From an uncultured bacterium (GTDB lineage: Bacteria; Krumholzibacteriota; Krumholzibacteriia; LZORAL124-64-63): DNA of 64,000 nucleotides. The stretch lies in the NCBI GenBank assembly GCA_963732385.1, contig CAVSZB010000004.1, positions 168,989 to 232,988 on the forward strand. Direction: 5' to 3'. A program made the position numbers and the translations under genes. The notes beneath the pieces are model-generated. The model had not been told where the DNA came from, searched no databases, and was given only the letters and a program-made list of their open reading frames with translations. Of the stretch, positions 20,990 to 30,790 are shown in pieces (positions within the stretch are counted from its first letter, which is position 1; each line of letters starts with the position of its first letter).

Positions 20990-21652
20990 TCAGTGGAGCA
21001 GGCCCTTGGTGATACCCAGCAGGGCGAGTCCTCCGCAACTCGCCAGGCAGATGATCATCGGCAGGGTGACGGCCAGCACCGCGCTCCCCGTCGTCGCGCC
21101 ATGCAACCGGCGCAGGCCGATGATGGTCACCACTGCCCCCCAGAACAGGGCCACGGTATTACCGCAAAAAGGCACGGCGGCCAGGATCCAGACCGCCTGG
21201 GCGTACGCTACGGCGCGGAAGGTCGCTTCGAACCCGCGGTGCGTTCCGGCCACGAGGAGCAGGCAGAGGTGGACAATCCCGGCCTGCACGAAGACGGTCA
21301 CGAACGCGATGCCGGGGCTCATTATGAAAAAGAATCCGGAGGAGAGCTGCCCCCGCAGGAGGCGCGCCACATCCTCCTCGATCAGGATGCGCAGCGAGGA
21401 GGCGGCCAGGGTCCACATCCAGTCGAGAAAGGCGCTCAGTGTCCCCACCACGAGCGCGAACAGCAGGGGCTGCCACAGCCCGCCGCGCACCGGCACCCGC
21501 GCGAAAAAGCGCTCCGGAGCGCCCAGAACGTCGCGGGTCGTGAGGTAAAGGGCGTTCAGAAAACCGTAGCGCCAGCGCTCTTCCCACGGCGGCAGTGCCG
21601 GGGCGGGCCCCGGCGGCGGTGCGGATGCGTACTGTTCGCCGTCGATCTGCAC
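20990..21652 (-). CDS. YIP1-family multi-pass membrane protein
   Basis: PPWEER..VLGAPERFF..GFEATFRAVAYA..GLRRLHG; about five TM helices; GGAGG before GTG 21652. Confidence 0.8.
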   Translation of the reverse strand: MQIDGEQYASAPPPGPAPALPPWEERWRYGFLNALYLTTRDVLGAPERFFARVPVRGGLWQPLLFALVVGTLSAFLDWMWTLAASSLRILIEEDVARLLRGQLSSGFFFIMSPGIAFVTVFVQAGIVHLCLLLVAGTHRGFEATFRAVAYAQAVWILAAVPFCGNTVALFWGAVVTIIGLRRLHGATTGSAVLAVTLPMIICLASCGGLALLGITKGLLH

Positions 21653-21902
21653 GTGGCCTCCCGCGGCCGGACAACGCCCCCGAAATAGCTGCGCGTAAGG
21701 ATGACTACGCAGGTCCGCTGTTACGGTTGCCGAGCTTCGCACACGGCGCGACGGCCTGCAAGCGGTGCGTCGTGCCGGCCGGTGCCGCGTCTCCACATCT
21801 CTCTCCACATCCTCTCTTCCCCTGCACCGCGACGGTGGTAAGATCGCCGGTGTGGCCGGACATGTCGTGACGGTCTGCAATAACGGCGGAGGGAACGTCG
21901 CA

Positions 21903-23468
21903 ATGGAGTGGAGCGTTGGCGTGGGGAAGGCGACCACTGTGGTGGCCGATCTGCTTGTGGTGGCGGTGCCGGAGGGGCGATCCGGGCCTGATTTCAGCGG
22001 GCTCGAGAGTCTCGACAGCGCATGCGACGGGGGGCTGGGCGCGCTGGCCGACGGTCGCGTCTTCGCCGGACGCAAGGAGACGAGCGCGGTGCTCCCGGGC
22101 CGGGGTTGCGCAGCGCCGTGGGTGCTGCTGGCAGGTCTTGGCCGTCCCGGAGATCTCACCCTCGAGCGCCTGCGGCGCTGCGCCGGCACGGCGGCCGCCC
22201 AGGCCCGCCGGCTGAAGGCGCGGCGCTGCGCGCTGCTTTTGCCGGACGACTCACTTGGCGGGTTCGATCCGCAGGCCGTGGCGCGCGCCTGGGTGGAGGG
22301 GACGGAGCTTGCCCTGGGCGCCGTGGAACGGCTGCGCGGCGTCCCCGCGGGCGGGCCGGGTGACCGGCGTCCTCGCACCGCCGACGACGAGGCCGACGCG
22401 GTCTTCCTCCCCGATGCCTGGCGACTCGTCGAGCCAGGGCGCCGGCGGATCGCCGCGCTGACGAGGGGGCTCGCGGAGGGGCAGGCCTATGCGGCGGGGT
22501 GCCTGTTCGCCCGTCGCCTGGTCAATCTGCCGCCGAATGTGCTTACCCCGTCGCGTCTGGCTGACGAGGCGCGCGGTTTAGCCCGCGTACAGGGGTATGA
22601 CTGCCGGGTGCTCGGTCCGGCCGGGATCGCGAAGCTCGGCATGGGCGGCCTGCTCGGCGTGGCGCGGGGCAGTCGGCAGGAGCCCCGGCTCATTCTCCTC
22701 GGATCGCGGCCGGGGCCCGCCGGCGGCCGGCGCCGGCGCACGCCCCTGGTGGCTCTCGTTGGCAAGGGGCTCACCTTTGATTCGGGCGGCCTTTCCCTCA
22801 AGGCCGCGGCCCGCATGGAACAGATGAAGGACGACATGGGGGGCGCTGCCGCGGTGCTCGGGGCGGCGCTGATCGTGGCGCGCCTGAAGTTGCCGGTGCG
22901 GCTGCTCGTGGTGATCCCCGCGGCTGAGAACCTGCCCGGCGGCGATGCGCTGCGTCCCGGGGATGTCATCACCATGGCGTCCGGACGCACGGTCGAGGTC
23001 ATGAACACCGATGCCGAGGGGCGGCTCGTGCTCGGCGATGCCCTGCATCACGCGTGCGGCGCGCGCCCCGACTGGCTGATCGACGCCGCCACCCTCACCG
23101 GCGCCTGCGCGGTCGCCCTGGGCGAACAGTTCGCCGGCCTGATGGGCAGTGACGCCCGCCTGCTCGCCGTGCTCGACCGCGCCGGCGGTGACACCTGCGA
23201 ACGGGTCTGGCCGCTGCCGCTGCTCGATGAGCACCGCCGTTCGTTGCGCAGCGACGTGGCCGACTGCAAAAACATCGGCCCGCGCGACGGCAGCATCCTC
23301 ACCGCAGGGGCGTTCCTTTCCTTCTTCGTGGACGAGGCGATTCCGTGGGCGCATATCGACATGGCGGGCCCGGTCTGGACTGACACGGCCGGGCCGCTCG
23401 GGCCGAAGGGGGCCACCGGCTATGGCGCCCGCCTGCTGGCGCGGGCGGTGCAACTGCTGGTATCCTAG
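21903..23468 (+). CDS. pepA: leucyl aminopeptidase (M17)
   Basis: VGKGLTFDSGG, MKDDMGGAA, NTDAEGRL, DAATLTGA, WAHIDMAG. Confidence 0.96.
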   Translation: MEWSVGVGKATTVVADLLVVAVPEGRSGPDFSGLESLDSACDGGLGALADGRVFAGRKETSAVLPGRGCAAPWVLLAGLGRPGDLTLERLRRCAGTAAAQARRLKARRCALLLPDDSLGGFDPQAVARAWVEGTELALGAVERLRGVPAGGPGDRRPRTADDEADAVFLPDAWRLVEPGRRRIAALTRGLAEGQAYAAGCLFARRLVNLPPNVLTPSRLADEARGLARVQGYDCRVLGPAGIAKLGMGGLLGVARGSRQEPRLILLGSRPGPAGGRRRRTPLVALVGKGLTFDSGGLSLKAAARMEQMKDDMGGAAAVLGAALIVARLKLPVRLLVVIPAAENLPGGDALRPGDVITMASGRTVEVMNTDAEGRLVLGDALHHACGARPDWLIDAATLTGACAVALGEQFAGLMGSDARLLAVLDRAGGDTCERVWPLPLLDEHRRSLRSDVADCKNIGPRDGSILTAGAFLSFFVDEAIPWAHIDMAGPVWTDTAGPLGPKGATGYGARLLARAVQLLVS

Positions 23469-23531
23469 GCCGGTGCTCGTTCGGCGCATCATCGCGCCGG
23501 TGTCCGCCTTTTTCCCTGCCGAGGATCCACC

Positions 23532-24887
23532 ATGTCCGGCTGGCAGCGCAGGAACGTCCACGAGTCGCTGCCGGTGCGCCTGACACGCCTCGCCGTGCCG
23601 GTGATGGTGGCCAACCTCGCCCAGACCCTGATGGGGCTGGTGGACACGCTCATGGTCGGCCGGCTGGGCGAGGCGTCGATTGCCGCGGTCGGCGTGGCCA
23701 CGCTCTACTTCTCGATGCTGGCCAGCTCCCTCAAAGCGATCGACGTGGCGGTGCAGACCTTCACCGCGCAGCGGGTCGGCGCGGGGCGCCGCGCCGAAGT
23801 CGGCACGGTGCTGGCGACCGCGGTCACGGTGGCTCTGGTCGCCGGCGCGCTGTTCACCGGGCTCGGGATGTGGCGTCCGGAAGCGTTGATGGACCTCGTC
23901 ACGAACGACCCCGCGGTGCGTGTCCTGGGCGCCGATTACCTGCGCTGGCGCTATCCCGGGCTGCTGCCGTGGCTCGTGTTCTGCATGTTCCGCGCGACGT
24001 TCGACGGGATCGGCGCCACCCGGATCGGCATGGTCGCGGTGATCGTGATGATCGCGGCGAACGTCGTGCTCAACTGGATCCTCATCTTTGGCCATTTCGG
24101 GGCGCCGCGGCTGGGGGTGGGCGGGGCGGCGTTGGCGAGCACGCTGGCCAGCCTGCTGGCCGCGGCCGTGGTGGTTGCCTGGGCGCTGCGGCGGCCGGTG
24201 CGTCGCGCCTTCGGTCTCGTCCGCCGGCGCAACCTGGACGTGAAGCTGATGCTCCCGTTCCTGCGCCTGGCCTGGCCCCCCGCGCTGCAGTCGTTTGGTC
24301 TGATCGTCGCCCTGCTGGTCTTCTTCGGGATCCTTGGGCGCATCTCGACCCTGGCGGTGGCGGCCGGCAACGTGGCGCTGCGCATCGCCTCCCTGTCGAT
24401 CATGCCGGGCGTGGGGGTGGCGGTGGCGACACAGACGATCGTCGGGCAGGCGCTCGGCCGACGCGACCTGCGCGCGGCGGTGCGGGCCGGCTGGACCGGC
24501 GTGGCGGTGGCGATGATCTTCATGGGCGCGTTCGGCCTGCTGTTTCTGCTCGCGCCGGGCGCCCTGCTGCGCCTGTTCTCCCCCAGCGAGGCGCTGGCGC
24601 ACGAGGGGCGGCCGATCCTGCGGCTTCTGGGTCTGGTTCAACTGGTCGCCGCCCTCGGCCTCACGCTGGGGGGAGCGCTGCGCGGAGCCGGGGCGACACA
24701 CGCGGTGATGGTCATCGACATCGTCTGCGGCTGGTGTCTCTTCCTGCCGGCCACCTGGCTGTTCGGCATCGTGTGGCGGGGAGGCCTGCTGGGGGCCTGG
24801 TGGGGCGTGCTGCTGTGGATCTGTCTCTATGCCTTCGGGATGACGGCGTGGTGGCTCAAGGGGAGTTGGCGGGAGATTCGTCTATGA
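23532..24887 (+). CDS. MATE family efflux transporter
   Basis: About 12 TM helices; LAVPVM..VDTLMVGRLG, NVVLNWILIFG..LGVGGAALAS. Confidence 0.93.
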   Translation: MSGWQRRNVHESLPVRLTRLAVPVMVANLAQTLMGLVDTLMVGRLGEASIAAVGVATLYFSMLASSLKAIDVAVQTFTAQRVGAGRRAEVGTVLATAVTVALVAGALFTGLGMWRPEALMDLVTNDPAVRVLGADYLRWRYPGLLPWLVFCMFRATFDGIGATRIGMVAVIVMIAANVVLNWILIFGHFGAPRLGVGGAALASTLASLLAAAVVVAWALRRPVRRAFGLVRRRNLDVKLMLPFLRLAWPPALQSFGLIVALLVFFGILGRISTLAVAAGNVALRIASLSIMPGVGVAVATQTIVGQALGRRDLRAAVRAGWTGVAVAMIFMGAFGLLFLLAPGALLRLFSPSEALAHEGRPILRLLGLVQLVAALGLTLGGALRGAGATHAVMVIDIVCGWCLFLPATWLFGIVWRGGLLGAWWGVLLWICLYAFGMTAWWLKGSWREIRL

Positions 24888-24902
24888 CGCGGCAGGACGC
24901 GC

Positions 24903-26432
24903 ATGCGTGACGACGCCACGCCCTCTGCCGACCGCCGGGTGTTCACGGTGGCCGAGCTGAACCAGACCATCCAGGCCGCGCTGCACGATGCGTTCCCGGG
25001 GCCGGTCTGGGTGCGGGGCGAGGTGCAGCGTCTGCCGATCGACGCGGCTCGCCGCCAGCACGTCTACTTCGAGCTGCACCAGGCCGGCGCTTCCGGCGCC
25101 GTGGCCGGGTTCCAGATCCCCGCCGCGATCCTCGGCTGGGACCGGCAGCGGTTCGGCCTCGGCCGTTACCTCGACGGCAGCGATCCCGACCTGCGTCTCG
25201 CCGACCGGCTGGAGGTCTGCCTGGAGTGCGTGGTCGACTTCTACCCGCCGTACGGCAAGCTGTCGCTCAAGGTGATCGGCGTGGACCGGGAGTTCACGCT
25301 CGGACGTCTCGAAGCGCGGCGGCAAGAAGTGCTCGCGCGGCTGAAGACGGCGGGGCTGCTCGAGCGCAACGGCGCCCTGCCGCTGGCGGAGCTGCCGCTG
25401 CGCGTCGGTCTGATCACCGCGGCGGGCAGCGCCGCCGAGCGCGACTTCCTCAGCGGGCTGGCGGCCTCCGGACGCGGCTTTACCGTGTGGCGGGCGGATT
25501 GCCGGATGCAGGGGGAGAGCGTGGAGCCGCAGGTCGTGGCGGCGCTGCGCGGCCTGGCGGCGCTCGGCCTGGACGTGATCGTCATCACGCGGGGCGGCGG
25601 CTCGCGGGCCGACCTCTCCTGGTTCGACCAGCTCGGGCTGGCCACCGCCATCGCGCTCTGTCCCGTGCCGGTCGTGACCGCCATCGGGCACGAGATCGAC
25701 ACCGCCATTGCCGACCTGGTCGCGCACACCCGTTGCAAGACCCCCACGGCGGCGGCGCAGTTGCTGGTCGATCGCGTGGCCACGGCGGCCGCGCGCGTGG
25801 CGAAGGCGGCCGAGCGGCTGGCGGCGGCGGGGCCGGCGCGGCTCACGGGGGCGCGCGACCGGCTGCAGCGCGGCGCCATGGGACTGGAGCGCCAGGTGGC
25901 GTGCCGGGTGCGCGACGCGCGGGTAGGCCTGGCGGACCGTCAGGCGCGGCTGGCGGCGGCGGCGCGCGGGCGCCTCGCGCGCGAACGGGCGCGACAAGAG
26001 GACCGGGAGAGACGGTTGGGGCGGGGGGCGCCGGCGGCGACCGCGGCGGCCCGGGTCCGGCTCGACCTCGCGGCGCACGCGTTGCGCCCCGCGCGCCTGC
26101 TGGCCGGCTGGCCCGGCCGGTTGCGGGAGCTCTCGCGTGCCGGGGGGCGTCTCGACCGTCTGGTCGCCGCCACCCTTGCCGTCGCCGGAAGACGACTCGG
26201 CGCGGCGTCGGACCAGGCGCGGCTGCTCGATCCGCAGCGGCAGCTCGCGCGCGGTTACACCCTGACCTGCGACGCCGCCGGACGTCCGCTCGCCGCGGCG
26301 TCCGGCCTGGCGCCGGGCGATCGTTTGACCACGCGCTTTCGCGATGGCACGGTCGGCAGCATCGTGGAGCGGATCGAGAGGGCTGCCGCGGCGGCCCGTG
26401 ACGATGCGGAAGCGTCGGACCGGAAGGAGTGA
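24903..26432 (+). CDS. xseA: exodeoxyribonuclease VII large subunit
   Basis: VWVRGEV..HVYFEL OB fold; ITRGGGS, TAIGHEID, KTPTAAA, LARGY. Confidence 0.95.
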   Translation: MRDDATPSADRRVFTVAELNQTIQAALHDAFPGPVWVRGEVQRLPIDAARRQHVYFELHQAGASGAVAGFQIPAAILGWDRQRFGLGRYLDGSDPDLRLADRLEVCLECVVDFYPPYGKLSLKVIGVDREFTLGRLEARRQEVLARLKTAGLLERNGALPLAELPLRVGLITAAGSAAERDFLSGLAASGRGFTVWRADCRMQGESVEPQVVAALRGLAALGLDVIVITRGGGSRADLSWFDQLGLATAIALCPVPVVTAIGHEIDTAIADLVAHTRCKTPTAAAQLLVDRVATAAARVAKAAERLAAAGPARLTGARDRLQRGAMGLERQVACRVRDARVGLADRQARLAAAARGRLARERARQEDRERRLGRGAPAATAAARVRLDLAAHALRPARLLAGWPGRLRELSRAGGRLDRLVAATLAVAGRRLGAASDQARLLDPQRQLARGYTLTCDAAGRPLAAASGLAPGDRLTTRFRDGTVGSIVERIERAAAAARDDAEASDRKE

Positions 26433-26433
26433 C

Positions 26434-26745
26434 ATGGCGGAGCAGGTGAAGCGGAAGCCCCGGGGGGGCGCCGGCGCCGGAGCGGCCGGGCAGCCGGCTT
26501 TCGGCGCGGCGGTGGAAGAGGTCGAGCGGATTCTGGCGCGTCTGGAGGCGGAGCAGGTCGACATCGACGACCTGGCGCGCGAAGTCCGGCGGGCGGTCGA
26601 GCTGATCGGCCTCTGCCGGAGCAAGCTGGCCGCTACCGAAACCGAGGTGCGCGCCTACGTCGATGCGTTGCAGACGCCGGAGCCGGGCGCGCCGGCGGAT
26701 GGCGGGCCGACCGGTGATGCCGGCGATTCCCGGCTGCCGTTCTGA
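26434..26745 (+). CDS. xseB: exodeoxyribonuclease VII small subunit
   Basis: FGAAVEEVERILARLE..IDDL..ELIGLCRSKL coiled coil immediately after xseA. Confidence 0.88.
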   Translation: MAEQVKRKPRGGAGAGAAGQPAFGAAVEEVERILARLEAEQVDIDDLAREVRRAVELIGLCRSKLAATETEVRAYVDALQTPEPGAPADGGPTGDAGDSRLPF

Positions 26746-26749
26746 CGCC

Positions 26750-27793
26750 ATGGCCGGCCTGATCCGCGTCGAACATCTCGTCAAGGACTACGTGAGCAGC
26801 CATCGCCGCGAGGGGGTGCGGGGGGGGCTGATCGACCTGGTGCGTCCGCGCCGGCGGATCGTGCGGGCGGTCGACGAAGTCTCCTTCGCCATCGACGAGG
26901 GGGAGATGGTGGGCTACATCGGCGCCAACGGCGCCGGCAAGTCCACGACCATCAAGGTGCTGACCGGCATCCTCACGCCGACCGCCGGGACCGTGCGCGT
27001 GGGGGGACTGGTGCCGTACCGCGAGCGGCAGCGCTATACGCGGCACATCGGCGTGGTGTTCGGGCAGCGCACGCAACTCTGGTGGGACCTGGCGGTCGTG
27101 GAGTCGCTGCGGCTGCTCAAGAAGATCTACGAGGTGGACGACGCCGTCTACGCGGCGCAGCTCGACCTGTTCGACGAGCTGCTGCAGATCCGCGAGCTGC
27201 TCAACCAGCCGGTGCGCAAGCTGTCGCTCGGCCAGCGCATGCGCTGCGATCTCGCAGCGGCGCTGCTGCACCGCCCCCGCATCCTGTTCCTCGACGAGCC
27301 GACGATCGGCCTCGATGTCGTGGCGAAGCAGAACGTGCGTGGCTTCCTCAAGGAGGCCCGCGACCGGCTCGGCACCACGGTCATCCTCACCACGCACGAT
27401 CTGGGCGACATCCAGGAACTGTGCCGACGCATCCTGATCATCGATCACGGACGGCTGCTGTTCGACGGCGCGTTGGCTGATCTGCGGCTGCGGCTGGGGG
27501 ATCAGGTGCGGGTGCTGGTCGAGCTCTACGACCCGGCGCCCGTGCGGGCGCTGGCCGCCTGCACCGACGGCCTGCCGGTGGCGTGGGACAGCCTCGACCG
27601 GCCCGACGGGCACGAGCACGCGGTCGCCTTCAGCCGCCGCGACGTGACCGCGGCCGAGGTGATCCGCCGCGTCGTCAACGGCTGCCGCGTGCACGACGTG
27701 CGCATCGTCGAACCGACGATCGAGGAGGTCGTGCGCCGCATCTACCGTGCCGGCGCGGTGGAGGACAACGGCCGGGAGGCGGACCGTGGCTGA
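26750..27793 (+). CDS. ABC-2 type transporter ATP-binding protein
   Basis: GANGAGKST, FGQRTQLWWDL, LSLGQRMR, LFLDEPT, TTHD. Confidence 0.95.
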   Translation: MAGLIRVEHLVKDYVSSHRREGVRGGLIDLVRPRRRIVRAVDEVSFAIDEGEMVGYIGANGAGKSTTIKVLTGILTPTAGTVRVGGLVPYRERQRYTRHIGVVFGQRTQLWWDLAVVESLRLLKKIYEVDDAVYAAQLDLFDELLQIRELLNQPVRKLSLGQRMRCDLAAALLHRPRILFLDEPTIGLDVVAKQNVRGFLKEARDRLGTTVILTTHDLGDIQELCRRILIIDHGRLLFDGALADLRLRLGDQVRVLVELYDPAPVRALAACTDGLPVAWDSLDRPDGHEHAVAFSRRDVTAAEVIRRVVNGCRVHDVRIVEPTIEEVVRRIYRAGAVEDNGREADRG

Positions 27794-28649
27794 GGCCGTC
27801 GCGCTGATTCCCTGGCGGCGGCGTCCAGGCGCGACGCTGGGTCTCTACCTGCACTTCGTGCGCCTGTCGTTCCTGGAATTCCTCGCCTACCGCCTGCGGT
27901 ATTACACCGGGGTCGTCACCTACACCGTCTTCGTGGCCGGCAACTACTTCCTGTATACCGCGTTGTTCGCCAGCCGTCCCGTCGCGGCCGGCGGCGTGGC
28001 GACGATGGGCGGGCTGACGCTGGGCGAGATGATCACCTACATCGGGCTGAGCTGGATCGGCCGCAGTTTCTACTTCAACAACATCGATCGCGATCTTTCG
28101 GGACAGATCCGCGAGGGTCAGGTGGCGATGCTGCTGATCAAGCCGGTGCACGCCCAGACCATGCTGATGTTCCAGGCCCTGGGCGAGGCGGCGTTCCGGC
28201 TGTTGCTCTTCACGCTGCCGATCATCGTCGTGGTGGGGCCGGTTTTCCACCTGCTGCCGCCGCCCCGCCCGTCGCTCTACGGCTGGACGCTGCTCAGCTT
28301 CCTGCTCGCCTTTCTGGTCAACGCCCAGGTGAATTTTCTGGTCGGCTGCCTTGCCTTCTATCTCCATAACATCCTCGGGGTGATCCGCGCCAAGCTCGTG
28401 ATCATGGAACTCCTCACCGGCGTGCTGGTGCCGTTCACGCTGTTCCCGGAGTGGGTGCAGAAAGTGATGTCGTGGCTGCCGTTCCAGGCGATCAACTATA
28501 TCCCGGTCATGACCTACCTCGGTCGGCGTTCCGGCGATGCGCTCGCGCGCGGCCTGCTCGTGCAGGCGGCGTGGGCGGCCGGCCTGCTGCTGCTGGGCCG
28601 CTGGATCTGGAACCGCGCGGTGCGTCAGGTGACGCTGCAGGGAGGATGA
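27786..28649 (+). CDS. ABC-2 family permease
   Basis: Multiple TM helices; IREGQVAMLLIKP, LPFQAI..P, C-terminal LQGG. Confidence 0.9.
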   Translation: MAEAVALIPWRRRPGATLGLYLHFVRLSFLEFLAYRLRYYTGVVTYTVFVAGNYFLYTALFASRPVAAGGVATMGGLTLGEMITYIGLSWIGRSFYFNNIDRDLSGQIREGQVAMLLIKPVHAQTMLMFQALGEAAFRLLLFTLPIIVVVGPVFHLLPPPRPSLYGWTLLSFLLAFLVNAQVNFLVGCLAFYLHNILGVIRAKLVIMELLTGVLVPFTLFPEWVQKVMSWLPFQAINYIPVMTYLGRRSGDALARGLLVQAAWAAGLLLLGRWIWNRAVRQVTLQGG

Positions 28650-29374
28650 TCGTGAGGACGGCGCACGCGCTGGCGCTTTGTCTGCTGCTGCTGGCGACGG
28701 TCGCCGACGGCGCGTCCGCGGTCGGCCCTGCCGGCGGGACCGACTCTCTCTACGCGGCGTGGCGCCCGCTGCTGGCGCGGGCGGTCCGTGCCGGCCAGGG
28801 CGACGACCCGTCCGACCTGTACAAACTGATTCACCAGGGGGTGATGGGGCCGGCGCACGCCGTGCCGTCAGCGTCCTCGGCGCTCGCCTGGCTCGACGAC
28901 GAGTGGCGCGCAATGGCCGCGACGGCCGACCCGCCCGCGGTCGCCTGGCCGCTGATCGAGCCGATCCGGCCCGACAGCCTGCTGGTGCGCGTACATCTGC
29001 GTCCCCTCGCGGTCCTCACGACGACGGGGCCGGATGGAGACGAGGCGCGGCGGGCGGCCTGGAGCGCGCTCGCAGAGGCGTTCGTACGCACGGCGGCGGT
29101 CTGGCACGGCGACGCCGGCCGGCTGCGGGACCTCTGGAGCCGCGCGCTCGCCGACCGGGCGCTCTGGCCCGCCGCGGCCGATTCCTCGCTGCGCGCCGCG
29201 TTCACCGCCGAGGTCGCGGCGGCCGGCTGGCCGGCGGTGCACCATGGCGCGACCTTCGCGCGGACATGGGCGCCGCACTATCGGGTCGTGGCCTGCGCCG
29301 AACTGCCGGCCGCCTGGCTGGCGGCCGCGGGCTGGCCGCCGCCGCGCGGCGCCGCCGGAAGCGGGGCGCCATGA
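28646..29374 (+). CDS. exported hypothetical protein inside the ABC-2 operon
   Basis: Signal-peptide-like N-terminus; DLYKLIHQGVMGPAH, VRVHLRP, VHH..W.PHYRVV; ATGA overlaps at both ends. Confidence 0.75.
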   Translation: MIVRTAHALALCLLLLATVADGASAVGPAGGTDSLYAAWRPLLARAVRAGQGDDPSDLYKLIHQGVMGPAHAVPSASSALAWLDDEWRAMAATADPPAVAWPLIEPIRPDSLLVRVHLRPLAVLTTTGPDGDEARRAAWSALAEAFVRTAAVWHGDAGRLRDLWSRALADRALWPAAADSSLRAAFTAEVAAAGWPAVHHGATFARTWAPHYRVVACAELPAAWLAAAGWPPPRGAAGSGAP

Positions 29375-30219
29375 ACGCAGCGAGCGGCGGCATCGCGACG
29401 ACGCGGGGGGACGGGGCCTGGCGGACGCTGCGCCGTCAGGGGGGTATCTTCGCCGCCTACTTTGCCCAGTTCCTCAAGATGCGACTCGCCTACCGGGTCG
29501 ACTTCGCCATCGATCTCTTCGCCAACCTCGTCCAGGCCGGCGTTCAGATCGTGATCCTGGCGGTTCTCTTCGCCAGGGTGCCGTCGCTGCGCGGCTGGAC
29601 CTACGAGCAGGTGCTGTTCATCTACGGGTTCAGTCTGCTTCCGCTCGGGCTGTTCAACATCGTCAGCATCAATCTCTACCGGTTCGGCGAGCGCTATGTG
29701 ATCGAGGGACACTTCGACCGGGTGCTGCTGCGCCCGATCAATCCGCTCGCCCAGATCATGTTCGAGGAGTTCAATATTGCCGGGGTGAACGAGATCGCGG
29801 TGGGGATCGGCGTGATGGCGCACGCGGGGATGCGGCTGGGACTCGCCTGGAGTTTCCTCGATCTGACCCTGCTCCTGCTGCTGGCGGTGTCGTCGGCCCT
29901 GGTTTTCACCGGGATTTTTCTCGGTCTTACTTCGGTATCATTCTGGTTCGAGGACCGCCTGGGGCTGGCGCCTCCGGTTTACAACATCATCCGGTTCAGT
30001 CGCTACCCCATGACGATCTTCAGTCCCCTGGTGCGGCTGCTCCTGACCTTCGTGCTGCCGTTCGCCTGGGTCGCCTTCTACCCCGCGACCTGGTTCATCG
30101 GCAGTCCGGAGGTGCGGGGCCTCGCCCTGCTGACGCCGCTGGTCGGCGCGGCAGTGTTCGGACTGGCCTACGTCATCTGGAGCCGGGGCGCGCGTCGCTA
30201 CGCCAGCACCGGCAGTTGA
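29371..30219 (+). CDS. ABC-2 family permease
   Basis: YRVDF, GWTYEQV, GHFDRVLLRP, RYPMTIF, YASTGS. Confidence 0.9.
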   Translation: MNAASGGIATTRGDGAWRTLRRQGGIFAAYFAQFLKMRLAYRVDFAIDLFANLVQAGVQIVILAVLFARVPSLRGWTYEQVLFIYGFSLLPLGLFNIVSINLYRFGERYVIEGHFDRVLLRPINPLAQIMFEEFNIAGVNEIAVGIGVMAHAGMRLGLAWSFLDLTLLLLLAVSSALVFTGIFLGLTSVSFWFEDRLGLAPPVYNIIRFSRYPMTIFSPLVRLLLTFVLPFAWVAFYPATWFIGSPEVRGLALLTPLVGAAVFGLAYVIWSRGARRYASTGS

Positions 30220-30275
30220 TCCCATCACGCGGAGCTCCGGGCCAGGCGGCCTTGTCTTCACATCGGCGCTGCGGT

Positions 30276-30758
30276 TCAGGCGTTTCCGCCGGGGGCCGGG
30301 GCGGGGGCGCAGAGTTCGATCAGCACGCCGCCGGTCGATTTCGGGTGGACGAACGCCACCCGCCTGCCGCCGGCGCCGGTACGCGGGGTCCGGTCGAGCA
30401 GTTCGAGCCCGGCCGCGGCGCAGGCCGCCATGACCGCCTCGATATCAATCACCGCCACGGCGAGGTGGTGCAGGCCGGGGCCGCGCTTCTCGATGAACTT
30501 CGCGATCGCCCCCTCGGACACCGTCGGTTGCAGAAGTTCGAGATGTCCGAGGGCGCCGGCGCGGTCGAGTTTCAGCATCGCCACCCGCACCTTCTCCGTC
30601 GGCACCTCTTCGATCCGTTCCAGTTCGAGGCCGAGCAGGTCGCGGTAGAGGCGCACGCCGGCCTCGAGGTCCGTCACTGCGATGCCGATGTGATCGACGG
30701 TGCCGGCCGTGCCCGGGGGGAGGGCTGCCGCCGCGCCGGTGGTCTCCGGAAACTTCAT
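30276..30758 (-). CDS. mce: methylmalonyl-CoA epimerase
   Basis: DHIGIAV, ELLQP, KRGPGLHHLA, FVHPKSTGGVLIEL; directly downstream of the mutase. Confidence 0.93.
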   Translation of the reverse strand: MKFPETTGAAAALPPGTAGTVDHIGIAVTDLEAGVRLYRDLLGLELERIEEVPTEKVRVAMLKLDRAGALGHLELLQPTVSEGAIAKFIEKRGPGLHHLAVAVIDIEAVMAACAAAGLELLDRTPRTGAGGRRVAFVHPKSTGGVLIELCAPAPAPGGNA

Positions 30759-30790
30759 GGTCGCCGGTCCTTTCCGCGCCGTCGGCGCGG

